A stretch of DNA of 64,000 nt from NCBI GenBank assembly GCA_904063045.1, contig CAJFCJ010000007.1, positions 616,819 to 680,818 of the forward strand. The letters run 5' to 3'. Below, in pieces: positions 24,001-35,892 of the stretch. The notes beneath the pieces are model-generated. The model was not told the origin of the DNA, made no database searches, and saw only the letters and a list, made by a program, of their open reading frames with translations. Made by a program: the position numbers and the translations under genes. Source of the DNA: Dimorphilus gyrociliatus (lineage: Eukaryota; Animalia; Annelida). The first letter of the stretch is position 1, and each line of letters begins with the position of its first letter.

Positions 24001-25041
24001 GAGTCAATTGTCGTGAAAGCACCCACGACGATTGGGAATAGATCAAGAAGAATTAGTACAATCTCAACGCAAAAGGCAGTTGATGTTAGGAAAAAGAAGA
24101 TGGCAAGACAGAGTACTACTTCGACGACTCAATTTAGTACCGATTCCAAATCGGATACAGATCGATGGGTTGATAAACACTTTTCATTTGCAAAGCCGGC
24201 ACCTAAAATAACGAAAGAATCTCCAACACCCTCGACTGTGCCTACAGCTGTATCCGCTTTCAAAACTGTTCCGTCCCCTGCGCCATTCAATTCTGTAAAG
24301 GCGCCACCAAAGCAAAATCCAACAACCGTCTCGATTCAGTCGAAAGTCACACCTCACTCTTTCCCCTTGCCACCAACTTCTGCAATGTTACCACCAAGGC
24401 AACCACCAGCAGTTGTTACAACTACAACACAATTTTGGGCAACACCAGCACCTCAAGCTCCTCCCCCTCCATATAACACTCACAGTTTAGAAATGTATCG
24501 AAGAAATTTGCAATCACCGACACCATCTTTGGGATGGAAGTCGGGGGTTGCATCGAATTCTGCAGCCCCGTGGGATGGCGGTCTCTTCAACTCGCTCAGC
24601 CAGACGTCACATAAGACGAGCGTATCGAACGAGAATCCGCCAGTTGAACCTCTCCCAGCCCATCGAAGTTCGTCTGCACATCACCCCGTATCCTACTTCC
24701 CACCCCCGCCACCTCCACCCCTCAACGGACATTCCACATTTATGGGAGCTCCACCACAGGGCGCTCATTCTAGTCTTGTGACGCAGCCGGCTCCTCCACC
24801 TTATTCGGCGTTGGGCACTTCTCGGAATGTACTGTCTGCTGTTGATCCATTAGCGGCTGCGGCTGCTGCAGCGGCCTATCGAACGCATCACGATCTATTG
24901 CCAGGAAGGATGGGGCCAACCGGATATGGATTAGAAAACGCTTTCGCGTCCTGCATTCCACCTTATGCGACAGCACCGACGTTTACATCCGGTCGGTCAA
25001 CTCCGTTCCAACCTCATTACGCCTACCGTCCTCAATATTAA
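18062..25041 (+). CDS. BCOR: BCL6 corepressor-like (BCOR/BCORL1) protein: long disordered N-terminus, 3 ankyrin repeats, PUFD domain, extra Pro-rich tail
   Basis: Exons 18062-18108, 19551-21792, 21861-21983, 22061-23182, 23264-23533, 23597-25041. Motifs: EERALQ|RAFMQLSE; ankyrins GETPLHKAARKGNEEVVKFCL...NARDNAGFTPLHE...RLLLAYGADLSLLTYSG; PUFD start DDVIFEFSREPHLNTYHV...NYVLLSDV; two PLDLS. Confidence 0.9.
19032..19051. repeat. (GATA)n tetranucleotide microsatellite in the first BCOR coding intron
   Basis: gatagatagatagatagatag. Confidence 0.85.
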
Positions 25042-25264
25042 GGAAAGGCGTAACTCTCTTAGCCCACTGTATCCCCCTCCCCTCTGACTATTTTCTTTCT
25101 CTCTGCAGCGACGTGTGTATACAAAGATAAATGTATCGAAACGATTATTTGTACAGAAACACTACATAGAGTTTTCTTTATATACCATTTTAAAAAGAAT
25201 TTGTTTAGTTTTTGAATATAAATAGCATGCAATCTGGTGATTCTTCCAATAAAAATTTTCCAAT

Positions 25265-26879
25265 TTATTTAAAGATGAAATGATAAAACGCAACAAACAT
25301 CGCAGATAATAAAGACGTAATACCCGCAACATAGAAACTGACTGTAAAATCCCCCGTATAATCAGTAAGAACAGCTCCAAGAAGCGGCCCTATTAAGCTA
25401 CCAACACCACAACACAATAAGCATATGTTAAAAGCAGGTTTTAAAAGGCCGCTCTTGTTCATGAGTCTTATAATTGACGGAGTAATTAAACAGAATGAGG
25501 CGTTCGTACTACATCCGATTAGCATTATGGAAATGCTCAATCCATTGTATGTATCAATGAGAGAAGGCGCTAAGAAAAGAGTTGCTGAGGTAATTATAGA
25601 AATGATAAAATGACCTATGAAAGGTTTGACGGATTTGAAGCGCGACATAACGCCCCTGGAAATTAGGCAAGAGAATCCGAAGAGAGATACAAACTTATAA
25701 GTCATCAAACCATCCAGCTTAGTATGTACTATAGCAATTTCGGAAAGCCAAATAGTAATGAATGCCCAAATGCTATTCGATAAGAGTATTCCGATTGCGT
25801 ATGGCGCCAAATGAACTATTCGAACGTAATTTTCTGCCGTCGTATTGCAACTAGCCGAACGGCTCCGACATAATTGTTCTTCATTGTAATGATTACAGGT
25901 CATATAGGTCATCCTCTTCCAAATTGCCTCCTCGTCATCCTCTTCCTCCTCAACATCCTCATTCTCTCCTCTCTCTTCTGTATTAACAGGCATCACCTCA
26001 TCATTTTCATCCATCATAATCCCGCTACTAACTACTTCCAATTCTCTCCTGGAAACTGCCTGAATTACAATAATATTTTCTCGATCCTCTTCTTCCTGGT
26101 TCAACACATCGGCGGCTGACATTTTTTTCCTGAGTAAACGTCGTTTTAAAGGTTCCAACCATTCCCTCTCCAACTCTCTATTCTCTTTATCCTCTTTATT
26201 CAGCTTCCTTATGTCTTCGACTTGCCCTGAGGTCGCTGGCTTTAATAAGAGCGCTAACCAAATCTGCTGCATTGGCAGGCCGGCTAATAAAATCATGGAT
26301 CCTTGCCAACCGTAGGCTTGAATAAGAAAAGTGACGGGAAGAGGTAAGACGATACAACCAAAGCCAAAGCTTACGGACTGCAAACAAAACGCTAGTGTTG
26401 CATAACGTTTAAAGTAGAAGGTAGCCGCTGCTAAAGAGGACGTAAACTGTAAGCCACAGCCCCCACCAAATAAAAAGCCATAGAAGAACATAAGAGCCGG
26501 CAACGAGGGCAAAAAAGCAGAAATTAATAGCCCTATTGCCGATAAGATACCTCCGGTTATCAAGCATACTTTACAGCTGGTTCTGGCATATAGGAAATTG
26601 GCAACTGGAGCTAATGAAATTTTTTAAGGTAAGAAAAGGAAGAAAGAGAAATAATCTATATTTTTACGATAATATCCGTAAAAATAAGCTCTTACCGCCT
26701 ATGCTCATAAAGCATAATGCAAGACTGGAAACGCATACTGTGTTAGTTCGACTGTTATGAAATTCTGATAAAAACTTCGAATTGAATATCGAAGTACAAA
26801 TCGGTAAGGAAGATATAAATTGAGAAACGCACGTAGCGCTTAAAATTATCCACGAAGGTCGTTTATCTATATTCTCCAT
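25265..26879 (-). CDS. SLC16/monocarboxylate-transporter family MFS protein, copy A (divergent); 2 exons
   Basis: 12-TM pattern; GGILSAIG...YGFLFGGGCGLQF...YFKRYATLA; acidic central loop; intron 26611-26695. Lacks the DGGWGW motif. Confidence 0.85.
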
Positions 26880-27426
26880 TTCTTTATTCGTCCGTCTAGC
26901 ATTTTATGAACAAATCGATACTTCGTTTGTCCGCACAATTGAGTAAGACCTATACGCGAAAATTAAAGATTTAACAGGCCTGTAAATTCACCGTGAGTTT
27001 TATTCCCACCCAATATATTTCTTATTATTTATACACAGTATAAACATTCTGTATTATAAGTAAACCTAGTAAATAGTTCTAAATATATAATAAATAGGGA
27101 AAAGGTAAAGTAAAAGAAAAAATAAGGGAAAAGTGAGAAAAAACATTTTATTTCTATTTACGAATTTTACTTATTAATTGAAAAGAGATTTCAACTAAAA
27201 GATAAATGTTTATGGGATTTACAGAGCATGATAATTTCGTATTAATCTTCTATCTCTCTATACAATTAGGAGCAGAAAAAATGTTGTATAAACTGTTTCT
27301 TTAAAGTGAATAATTCTTATAAACATAAAAGAGTGTGAAGCTAATTTTGTAATCATTATCTTCATCGTCTTCATCATCATCCACCATCATCATTTTTCTA
27401 TTGTCTTCTCTTTTTGTTCCTTTATA

Positions 27427-28812
27427 CTAAGATATTGATTCTGAAACATAGTGTTTTCTCTGCGTTCTTTTTGAATGTACCTGAGTGGATTCCTTCGACT
27501 TGTGAAAGCATTTTATGCAAAAATATAATATACTCCCAAAGATACAAGCGCCCCCTACAACTAGAAATGGGGCATCATAACTTTTTGTAGTATCGATAAT
27601 CCAACCGCATAATGGACCGGCGACCAAGAATGCAAAACTGCCAACTGCCATCGCTTGACCGATACTTTGACTGACCTTCTCTATACCAAATAAGTCGACT
27701 ATAACGACCGGAAATAGGGCTACGAAACTTCCTGAGAAAGCTCCAAAAATAATTGAGTAGACAATTAAAAGTTTGAAACTATTAAATAAGAATATAAGGC
27801 AGCTAACAAGACCAACTCCGAATATACAAACTCCTGTCATGTAAAATCTGATGTTCTGGCTGTGGTCTGCAATCCATCCAAAACATAATCGTGCTACGAC
27901 GTTCGATATTCCCATTAATGCTATAAGGACATCCGCTTTTTTTTCGGGAATACCGAGGCCTTTATTTGCTCTAGGAGTTGTGAACGTGTAGGGAACGTGA
28001 TAACCGAAATTGAAACAGGTAATTGCCATTGACAGTAGGATGAAACCACCATTCATGAATAGGCTTAAATCGAATAATTCAGAAAATATACCCCAACACC
28101 CGCAGCCACTCTCCTCAGCAATACTAACTCTTATCACGTCCGACTTGACAGAGGAATAAGAAGATTGTTGAGAGCTAATTAAAGGCGCCCTCTCTTTTTT
28201 GTTTTTCTCCTCGTCGTCAACATTCTGCAATGGTCTATAGAAGGCGCCCCAAACAACTCCGTTCACAAATACAATAGCAGCTATACAAAGAAAAGTATAT
28301 CTCCAGCCGACTCGATCCTTCAAGACAGGAATAAACATGGCGAAAACTAATAACCCAATCCCGCCACCTGATACAGCCATTCCAGTCGCTAGTGCTCTGT
28401 ACTTGTCAAAGTAATGCTGCACGCAAACCATACTTGTTACATACATCAATCCATTACCTACTCCAGTTAAGACTCCATATGTAAAATACAAATAGTACAA
28501 ACTGTTCACCGTAGCACTTGCACAGAATCCTGCAGTTGATAAAAGAGCTCCAAATATCGTTACTTTCCTCCAACCATACCATTTTAATAGTGGCCCAGCA
28601 AAAACTCCAGTTAAGTATACAAGAAAAGGTTGAATCGATCCAATTAAAGATATTTTAAAGTAACTCTTGTGAAAGGCTTCTCGTAACGGAGGAATGAGGA
28701 CTCCAAATGTATAAGTATTACCTATAGCGACAGCTAATATAACAAAAGCAGCCAAAACTACAATCCAACCCCATCCTCCGTCTAGGGGCTTAGTTTCTGC
28801 TTTTGCGGTCAT
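27427..28812 (-). CDS. SLC16/MCT family transporter, copy B; intronless CDS
   Basis: MTAKAETKPLDGGWGWIVV, YGVLTGVGNGLMY, YFDKYRALATG, FDLSLF, ARLCFGWIAD. The track's extra 21 N-terminal codons lie upstream of an acceptor (ccttcag) and are probably intronic. Confidence 0.93.
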   Translation of the reverse strand: MTAKAETKPLDGGWGWIVVLAAFVILAVAIGNTYTFGVLIPPLREAFHKSYFKISLIGSIQPFLVYLTGVFAGPLLKWYGWRKVTIFGALLSTAGFCASATVNSLYYLYFTYGVLTGVGNGLMYVTSMVCVQHYFDKYRALATGMAVSGGGIGLLVFAMFIPVLKDRVGWRYTFLCIAAIVFVNGVVWGAFYRPLQNVDDEEKNKKERAPLISSQQSSYSSVKSDVIRVSIAEESGCGCWGIFSELFDLSLFMNGGFILLSMAITCFNFGYHVPYTFTTPRANKGLGIPEKKADVLIALMGISNVVARLCFGWIADHSQNIRFYMTGVCIFGVGLVSCLIFLFNSFKLLIVYSIIFGAFSGSFVALFPVVIVDLFGIEKVSQSIGQAMAVGSFAFLVAGPLCGWIIDTTKSYDAPFLVVGGACIFGSILYFCIKCFHKSKESTQVHSKRTQRKHYVSESIS

Positions 28813-29625
28813 TGTTTCCAAACTGAAGGTTGAAAATGAGGCGATAGTTAAAAAAAAAAACAAGTATAAACTCACTTTATCGATTCAACTTCTAAAAAAA
28901 AGTATTGACACGCTGATCTCTCTGGTAGGCCTAGAAAATGCATCATACTATTATATTAATACACATGTTAATATATATATATATAAATTTATATACATGT
29001 ATTAATATGATAAGTATTGATAAAACTAATTTGATTTCTTAGATCAATAATTCGGAAATTTCTATATACAAAACCGTAGATTAATGATTTGCTTTTCTAT
29101 AAGATATTGATTATATTCCTTGAAAAGAGAAAGACAAAAAAACTGTGATTCTTGATTACTCGTCCTCTTACTGATAACCCATGTACAATAGACTGGAACA
29201 GTATCCGATTAAATTTTATCCGTATTATATAAATCAAGAACAATATTAGCTCCGCATTACCAATCAGACAGACAAAGAGAGAGGACGTGCAGAGAAAAAG
29301 AAAGAAAGACAGAGGGAAAGACAACGGGAGAGAGATAAAGGGAAGAATAAAAGATAAAGCGAGAGGGACGAAGGGAGGGGGTCACAAAGATTCACACAGA
29401 CAAACCGTCATAAAAACTTAAAAATACAGACACAGATGTTATTTGTCTGTCTTTTAAAAAAAGAGAAAAGAAAACTTTAACGTTCAAAGTATAAAGTTCA
29501 AAGATGGCCGAATTTATTTTGTGTGTGTAGTTTGATAAATTTATTGAATTTATGATTATCAATAATATGTTTAAAAAGTCATATAAATGCTTGTATGTAT
29601 ACAATTTTAAATTATGCTGATTAGG

Positions 29626-29655
29626 AGAGAGCGAGAGCGAGAGAGAGAGAGAGAT
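29626..29655. repeat. (GA)n microsatellite
   Basis: ggagagagcgagagcgagagagagagagag, just downstream of the MCT copy C stop. Confidence 0.8.
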
Positions 29656-29720
29656 GGAGAAGAGGAAAAAACAGGAGGAAAATAGAAACGATATCAGAAG
29701 CTAAAAATTCAGGGAGCGTC

Positions 29721-31349
29721 TTATGCAAAACTTTCAGATATAAACCGTCTTCTACTCTTCTTAATACTATCGCTTGTAGACACCTTTGTAGGTCTTTCAG
29801 CGTATTTTTCCTGTGGCATCTTTCTCCACTTTCTTCTCTGGTACCATTGAACTATCTTAATACTCAGTAAGATGAATCCTCCTATTGCTTCGGCTGTTCC
29901 CACAACCCAGAAAGATACGTCATAGCTCTTTGTTTTTTCCTTTATGAAAGCCGAAAGGGGTGAGGCAAATAAGAATGCGAAGGAAGCTATTGCCAAACTC
30001 TGACCCAGAGATCTTTCGATAACATCAATACCAAGTAAATCAACAAGAATGACAGGGAAAAGAGATGCCCAACAACCAGTAAACGCTCCGAAAAGAACGC
30101 TATAAAATACCATCAGCCCATACGTATTAAAAAATGTGATTAACATACTTATAGCGCCGCCTAAGGTTAAACAAATGCTTCCTAAGTAAAATCTAGCTCT
30201 GGGTGATTTATCAGCGAACCAACCGAATATCAAACGACTGGCGACATTCGATATTCCCATGTAAGAGATGAGAAGAGAGGCTTTCTCTAGCTTTATATTA
30301 TCCTTTCCCAACAATTGTATTACCCTATCTGGGGTGTAGGTATATGGAACGTGATAACCGAAGCAGAAAAGCGTTAACGCCGAGCAAAACATTATAAAGA
30401 TAGGATTCGTGAATAGGCTTAGGTCGAAAACAGCATTCTTACACTTGATTCCACAACAGGTCGAAACCGGTTCCTGAACTAAAATATCTGAATAGGATGT
30501 ACCATTATTTTCACGCATTCGCTCTCCTGAATTAGTTAGTGGCGTGTTTTCATTAGGTTCCTGTTTGTTGTCTTCATCGTATTTTATAGAGTCCGCATCT
30601 TCTTTCAGGAGATCTGTATCATTTTCGTAATCACCGTTAGGTAAAGGTTTATATAAAGCACCGAAAAATGCCCCCGACAACATTATAGCAGCTTCAATAA
30701 GGAGCGTTTTACGCCATTGAAAACGTTTTAGCAACAAAGGATCCAACCATCCGAAAAGAAGCGTTCCAACTCCACTTCCGGAAACTGCAAGACCAGTTGC
30801 AAGCGCCCTTTTTGTATCAAAATAGTGTTGAACGCAAACCATACTAGTAACATACATTAATCCATTGCCAATACCCGTCATAACCCCATAAGTAAAGTAT
30901 AAAACATAGACATTCTTTACGAAGGAACTACTAACGAATCCAATTGTTGATAAAACCGATCCAGTAATAGCCACGGTTCGCCAACCAAACCGTTTAATTA
31001 AAGGGCCGGCAATAATTCCTAATTAGAATTGGGAGAGAAAGCACATAAAAACCGATATAGATACAATGAATAAAATAAATATTATACATATTAATTAACT
31101 AATTAATTAAGAGAATTTGCATGAATTATAATATAACAAACCTGTTAAATATAGAAGGCATGGCTGTATAGAGCCGATCCACGAAATAGTACTTTCATTA
31201 ACTTTAAATTCGTCTTTTAATTTAACTAATTTAACACCAAATGTATACGTTATTCCGATAGTAAGAGCTTGGAAGTAGAAAGAAGAGATAACAACGATCC
31301 AGCCCCACCCTCCGTCCGGAACGGATAAATGATCATTTGGGGAAGTCAT
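29721..31349 (-). CDS. SLC16/MCT family transporter, copy C; 2 exons
   Basis: MTSPNDHLSVPDGGWGWIVV; intron 31019-31141 at YLT|G; YFDTKRALATGLAVSGSG; SRLIFGWFAD. Confidence 0.93.
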
Positions 31350-32212
31350 TTTGAAGAAGACGATATTCCAGGCAAGAAAACTATTATTTCAGCAAGTCTA
31401 CTTAAACCTGTCTTTTACGAATAAAAGGTATATAAAAAAATTATATACACTCTTATATGTACATATAAAACGTAAAGAATTAAAGTGAAGGCGAAACACT
31501 CTTCGTCCGTACTCACACAGGTCCTACACTTTCGGACTTTGTAGTTTTTTAAGCAGCGCCGACAAATTAGTCCTATGGGCGGCGGGAGGAAAAGGCTTCC
31601 TACCGACCACACAGACCGTTCTGAGCTATCCGTTCATTACATTCCTATTGTTTACCGCTTCCAGATTATAGTAATACAATCAATTTTTCTACAAACCTAG
31701 TTTAATATAGGGTTAAACGTACGTATAATACATATATATATATATATGTATATATATACTACACGTAGGCCTAACCTTTTTTAACTCTTAGTCGTAAAAA
31801 TTCCCTGTGATGGAACTCGAGACGTTTACTATTCCTTTCATGCTAACAAACTTTTCACCATTCCTACAATAAACAAGTGAAATGGTCGATGAATTGAAAA
31901 ACAATGGGACAATGCCTTATTACTTTTCAAGTATATTTAAATTCACATCTATTACAATTTCAAAGTCAAATGAAAGAAATCACGTGCTTATTGTGAAGGT
32001 TACAAGAACGTTACGTAACGTATACGTATTGCATCATTATCCAATTTCATTTAGTTAATTAATTAATAAATGAATAGATAAAAAAGGAGGTGAAAGGTAG
32101 TTGACTATTGATCGTTTCTTGTTCAATCGATTAAAAAATTAGGTCGAACGCGAATATTGTTTATGTTATTTTATATTTTTAGTTGTTTTTATTCAAATTT
32201 ATAGATTTCTTA

Positions 32213-33727
32213 TCAAGCATAAGATATGGACACATAAGATCTGTTTCGTCTATGTTTGAGAAGAGTTTGCGATTCATCCTGCAAAGTTTTGGAAGATCTT
32301 CTTTCGTCTAGGTATTCTACCAGCTTGTTAAAAGAGAAGACAACACCGCTTATAAGTTGCATTATTCCAACTAGGTAAAATGTTGAGTCGAAATTCTGTG
32401 TTTTATCAATTAGCCATCCTAATTTAGTAGGGAGGGGAGAAAGTATGATTTCAAAACATTAATAATTGTAACATTAAGTAAAATTGTAGCATTAATTATT
32501 ATTTACCACAAAGAGGACCAGCGAAGAGAAGAGCGAAGGAAGAGAATGAACACAGCAAGCCGAATCCTTTTTCTATTTTATCGATAGAGACTATATCAAC
32601 TAATATAACTGGCAGAAGAGATATCCAACTTCCGGAAAGTGCACCAAATATAACAGAATATATTATCATAGTTTTATAGTCGGTATAAAATGATATAAAA
32701 ATTGTTACAATTCCGCTAGAAAATAATAAGAATAACCCTAAAAGAAATCTAATAGATTTACCCAAATCGCCGATCCAGGCGAATAAGAGACGACTAGAAA
32801 CATTTGAAATGCCTATAATTGATATTAGAAATGCTGAACGAGTAGTGTCTATGTTGAATACTTCAGTTGCTCTTTCAGGTATATAGGTATATGGTGCAAT
32901 CATACCAAAATTGTAGATGAAGAAACAGGTTATAAATAGACAATATCTCATATCTAGGAATAATGTTGGATCAAAGAAACCTTTGAGAAAATTCGTAATT
33001 GATAATATGCAAGAATTTATCTTTGTTTCTTTTATCGCTTCTTTTTCTTCTTTCTCTTTCAGCAATAGATTCTCCTGCTCATAACCCATTGAATGGTCAG
33101 CTAACGGCCTTAGTAATATACCACATACTATACCAAGCAACATAATAATACCTTCGCAGATAAGTGTCCATCTCAACTGAAATTTATCTAAGAGAATTCT
33201 TGTTAGTAAACTAAAGACCAACATTCCAACTCCACTACCACTCACAGCAAGACCCGTCGCTAAGGCTCTCTTCTTGTCAAAATAATGCTGTACGGCAACC
33301 ATTGAGGAGAAATACATAAGACCATTACCAAATCCGGTAAGAATACCGTACGTAAAGAATAGTTGATAGATAGTTGAAACACCAGAACTTGCCATAAAGC
33401 CAATACAGCTTATAATTGAACCGACTATTGTTACAATTCTCCATCCGAATCTTTCCAGCAGAGGAGGACCAATAATTGCTGCATATATAGTAAAAATTGC
33501 TACTATTATCACCTACTTTTGACAGGTAAAAGGACCAACTTACCTGAGAAGTATGTAAAAAAAGTTTGAAATGATCCAATCCAAGCAGTATTTGACTTAT
33601 CTTCTTTGAAGACGTTTAAAAGTTCTACGTATAAAACACCAAAAGTGTAAGCAACTCCAATTGCGAGAACTTGAAGTGTGAAAGAACAGGCAACTATCAC
33701 CCAAGCGTAACCACCGTCTATTGTCAT
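32213..33727 (-). CDS. SLC16/MCT family transporter, copy D; 3 exons
   Basis: MTIDGGYAWVIV; introns 33479-33543 and 32419-32506; last exon WLIDKTQNFDSTFYLVG...RNRSYVSISYA* read manually. Confidence 0.9.
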
Positions 33728-33867
33728 TTACACGGTAGGGTAATTTTCAATGGAAAACGTCCTTTTAAAACAATTGAAAATGCTCTAAAGAGCCGAAAGC
33801 TGACCGAAATCCAAGACGGATAGCATAGGCTTATTTGAATTTACGACTTTTTAATAATACCTATTCG

Positions 33868-34079
33868 GCGCTAGATGGCAGCGATCAATAAATATAAAAT
33901 TGTTTCCATTCAATGCAAACGAAGTATAATCTATCGAATAAAAAATATGAGAGGAATTCTAGTATTGAACTATTATGTAACAGACTTTTTTAAATGTAGT
34001 TTTTTTATAGTTCATGTATGTGGTCAGTTCACCTGACTAGAGCTTAAAACGTTTTAGAATTTCCCTACAGATGGCGCCA
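33868..34079 (+). promoter_or_regulatory. Two CTCF-like motifs (GCGCTAGATGGCAGCG at 33868-33883; CCCTACAGATGGCGCCA at 34063-34079) upstream of the MCT cluster
   Basis: Match the CTCF core YAGRKGGC[AG] consensus; both lie within 350 bp of the copy D start. Confidence 0.45.
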
Positions 34080-34311
34080 CATTCCAGAGGGTAAATTTAA
34101 TAAAAACCTTATTTAATATGTAAAATATTAATTTAAAAATCTTAATATTATCTTTAGATAACATTTAGGCCATCATAGTCAAACTATCGGTTAAAGAAAA
34201 GAAAATTTTGATCTGTGTAAAATATAGAAGTTAATATTCAAATGAGACACGTTCAACTCTTTACTCCAAAGCTTTGAATATAGGTTATAGTCTACCGAAT
34301 GAACGTTAATC

Positions 34312-34441
34312 AGCTCTGGTTCTAGTTCAGCTCCCGTGCAAATGTTTCGCCTTTTACTAAACATTTCCGTGGACTAGAACAACTTAACGAGCATAATTCA
34401 ATTTTTGTAATGCCCTGATTCTCAGGGTTCCTATTCAAATG
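34312..34441. repeat. 130-bp direct repeat, copy 1
   Basis: Nearly identical to 35893-36022 (about 4 substitutions by eye). Confidence 0.9.
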
Positions 34442-35892
34442 TCAAAAAATTTCGTGCACCAAAAGAGTGCCGCTCGAAGATTTTACTAAAGCAGAAGGAT
34501 ATGCTATGTACAGTTGTATTTTGCTGCGGAGTGGTTGCCATGAGATAGCTTCACGAACTCTTAACTGATATTTACAAGCGTACATAGTATTATCAAAATT
34601 TGTTTTTCAAATGAAAGCCACCATTTGTATTAGTCTTCTGTCAGAAATTGAATTCCCTATAGCAATGGTGCATGCTTTTAAAATTCAATGCAGTTTGCAA
34701 ACTAATGTTACACGAATACGAAAATATATTTATGGTAATTGACACATACGTCTAAACGAAGGCAAATTACCATTGAATTTTTTATATAAGATTATTTGCT
34801 TTAAATTTGAAACTAAAACTCATTTCGACATGAAAGTAAAAAAGATAAAAGAGTTTTCTGGCACCTCGTAAATAGCTAATCAATTGGTTGAGTCTTAAGT
34901 GAAGGAATATATTTGAAGAAATATCGGATCATTTACAAAGGAATCGCAATTTAAGAAGATCTGAATAAATGGCAAAATAAAAGAGAAAAAGCATATTTAG
35001 CACACTATGAAAGAAAGACAGTAAAGAAATTTAAGAAGATATATATTTGCAAAAATCCTAAGTATTCATTAGGCAAACTACCTTTAGAAATGTACTCTTA
35101 TCTTTGAAGGATAAACTAGTACAAAACGATATTAATATCGATATGACATAACAATAAAAATACAAAAAAGACTCATCACTTCAAAGGATTGTGATATTAG
35201 TGGACGTTTAGTATATACGTGTCCGCTAGAAAATCGTTGGTTTTTATCAAAGTAATATATTGATACTTTTCTCTTTCAACTTCAAATATCTTTTCTTTAC
35301 CTTAATCAACCGAAACTAATCAGGTACAAAATTAAGATTGAACTTCCGGAAAATCACTACTAAAAAAAAAATACGAAATATTCAAGCCAAATTCATGAAA
35401 GATACTTGACATTCTTGTTTTTATCTTATATGTTTGTTAGACAAATTTCCAAGAATTTCTATGTTCTAAGAATATGGCAAATTAGATATTTAATTTCTAG
35501 AATCCAAGTTAATCTATGAACGTGTTATCTAATACTAACAGCGTTCATTATAATTATCTCTTTTCTCGTCTAACAGGTTATATAATCTTTGTAGAAAAAA
35601 TAAAAAAACTTTCAGCTATCACTACTATAGGCCTATATACAAAAAATAACAAAAGGTATTCAAATTTTAGCTTTAGAATGAGATTAAAAGTTTTTTTTGA
35701 AAATATGAATTTATTTATTATTTAGAATGTTCACGCGATAATAATATTGTTTATAATGTGTAAAATATTAGAAGAAACTTAGATTAAGTTTGAAAACCAT
35801 TTGTCACTTCTCAATATGCAAATGAGAAAAGTCCATGCGTTTACCTCTCGTGAGTATATATGACCTTGGTACGTTGATGTTTAAAACCAATG

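Noticed and set aside
28813-28875. N-terminal extension of the MCT copy B ORF in the track
   Set aside because: Lies in a polypyrimidine tract ending in an AG acceptor just before the ATG at 28812; probably a 5' UTR intron.
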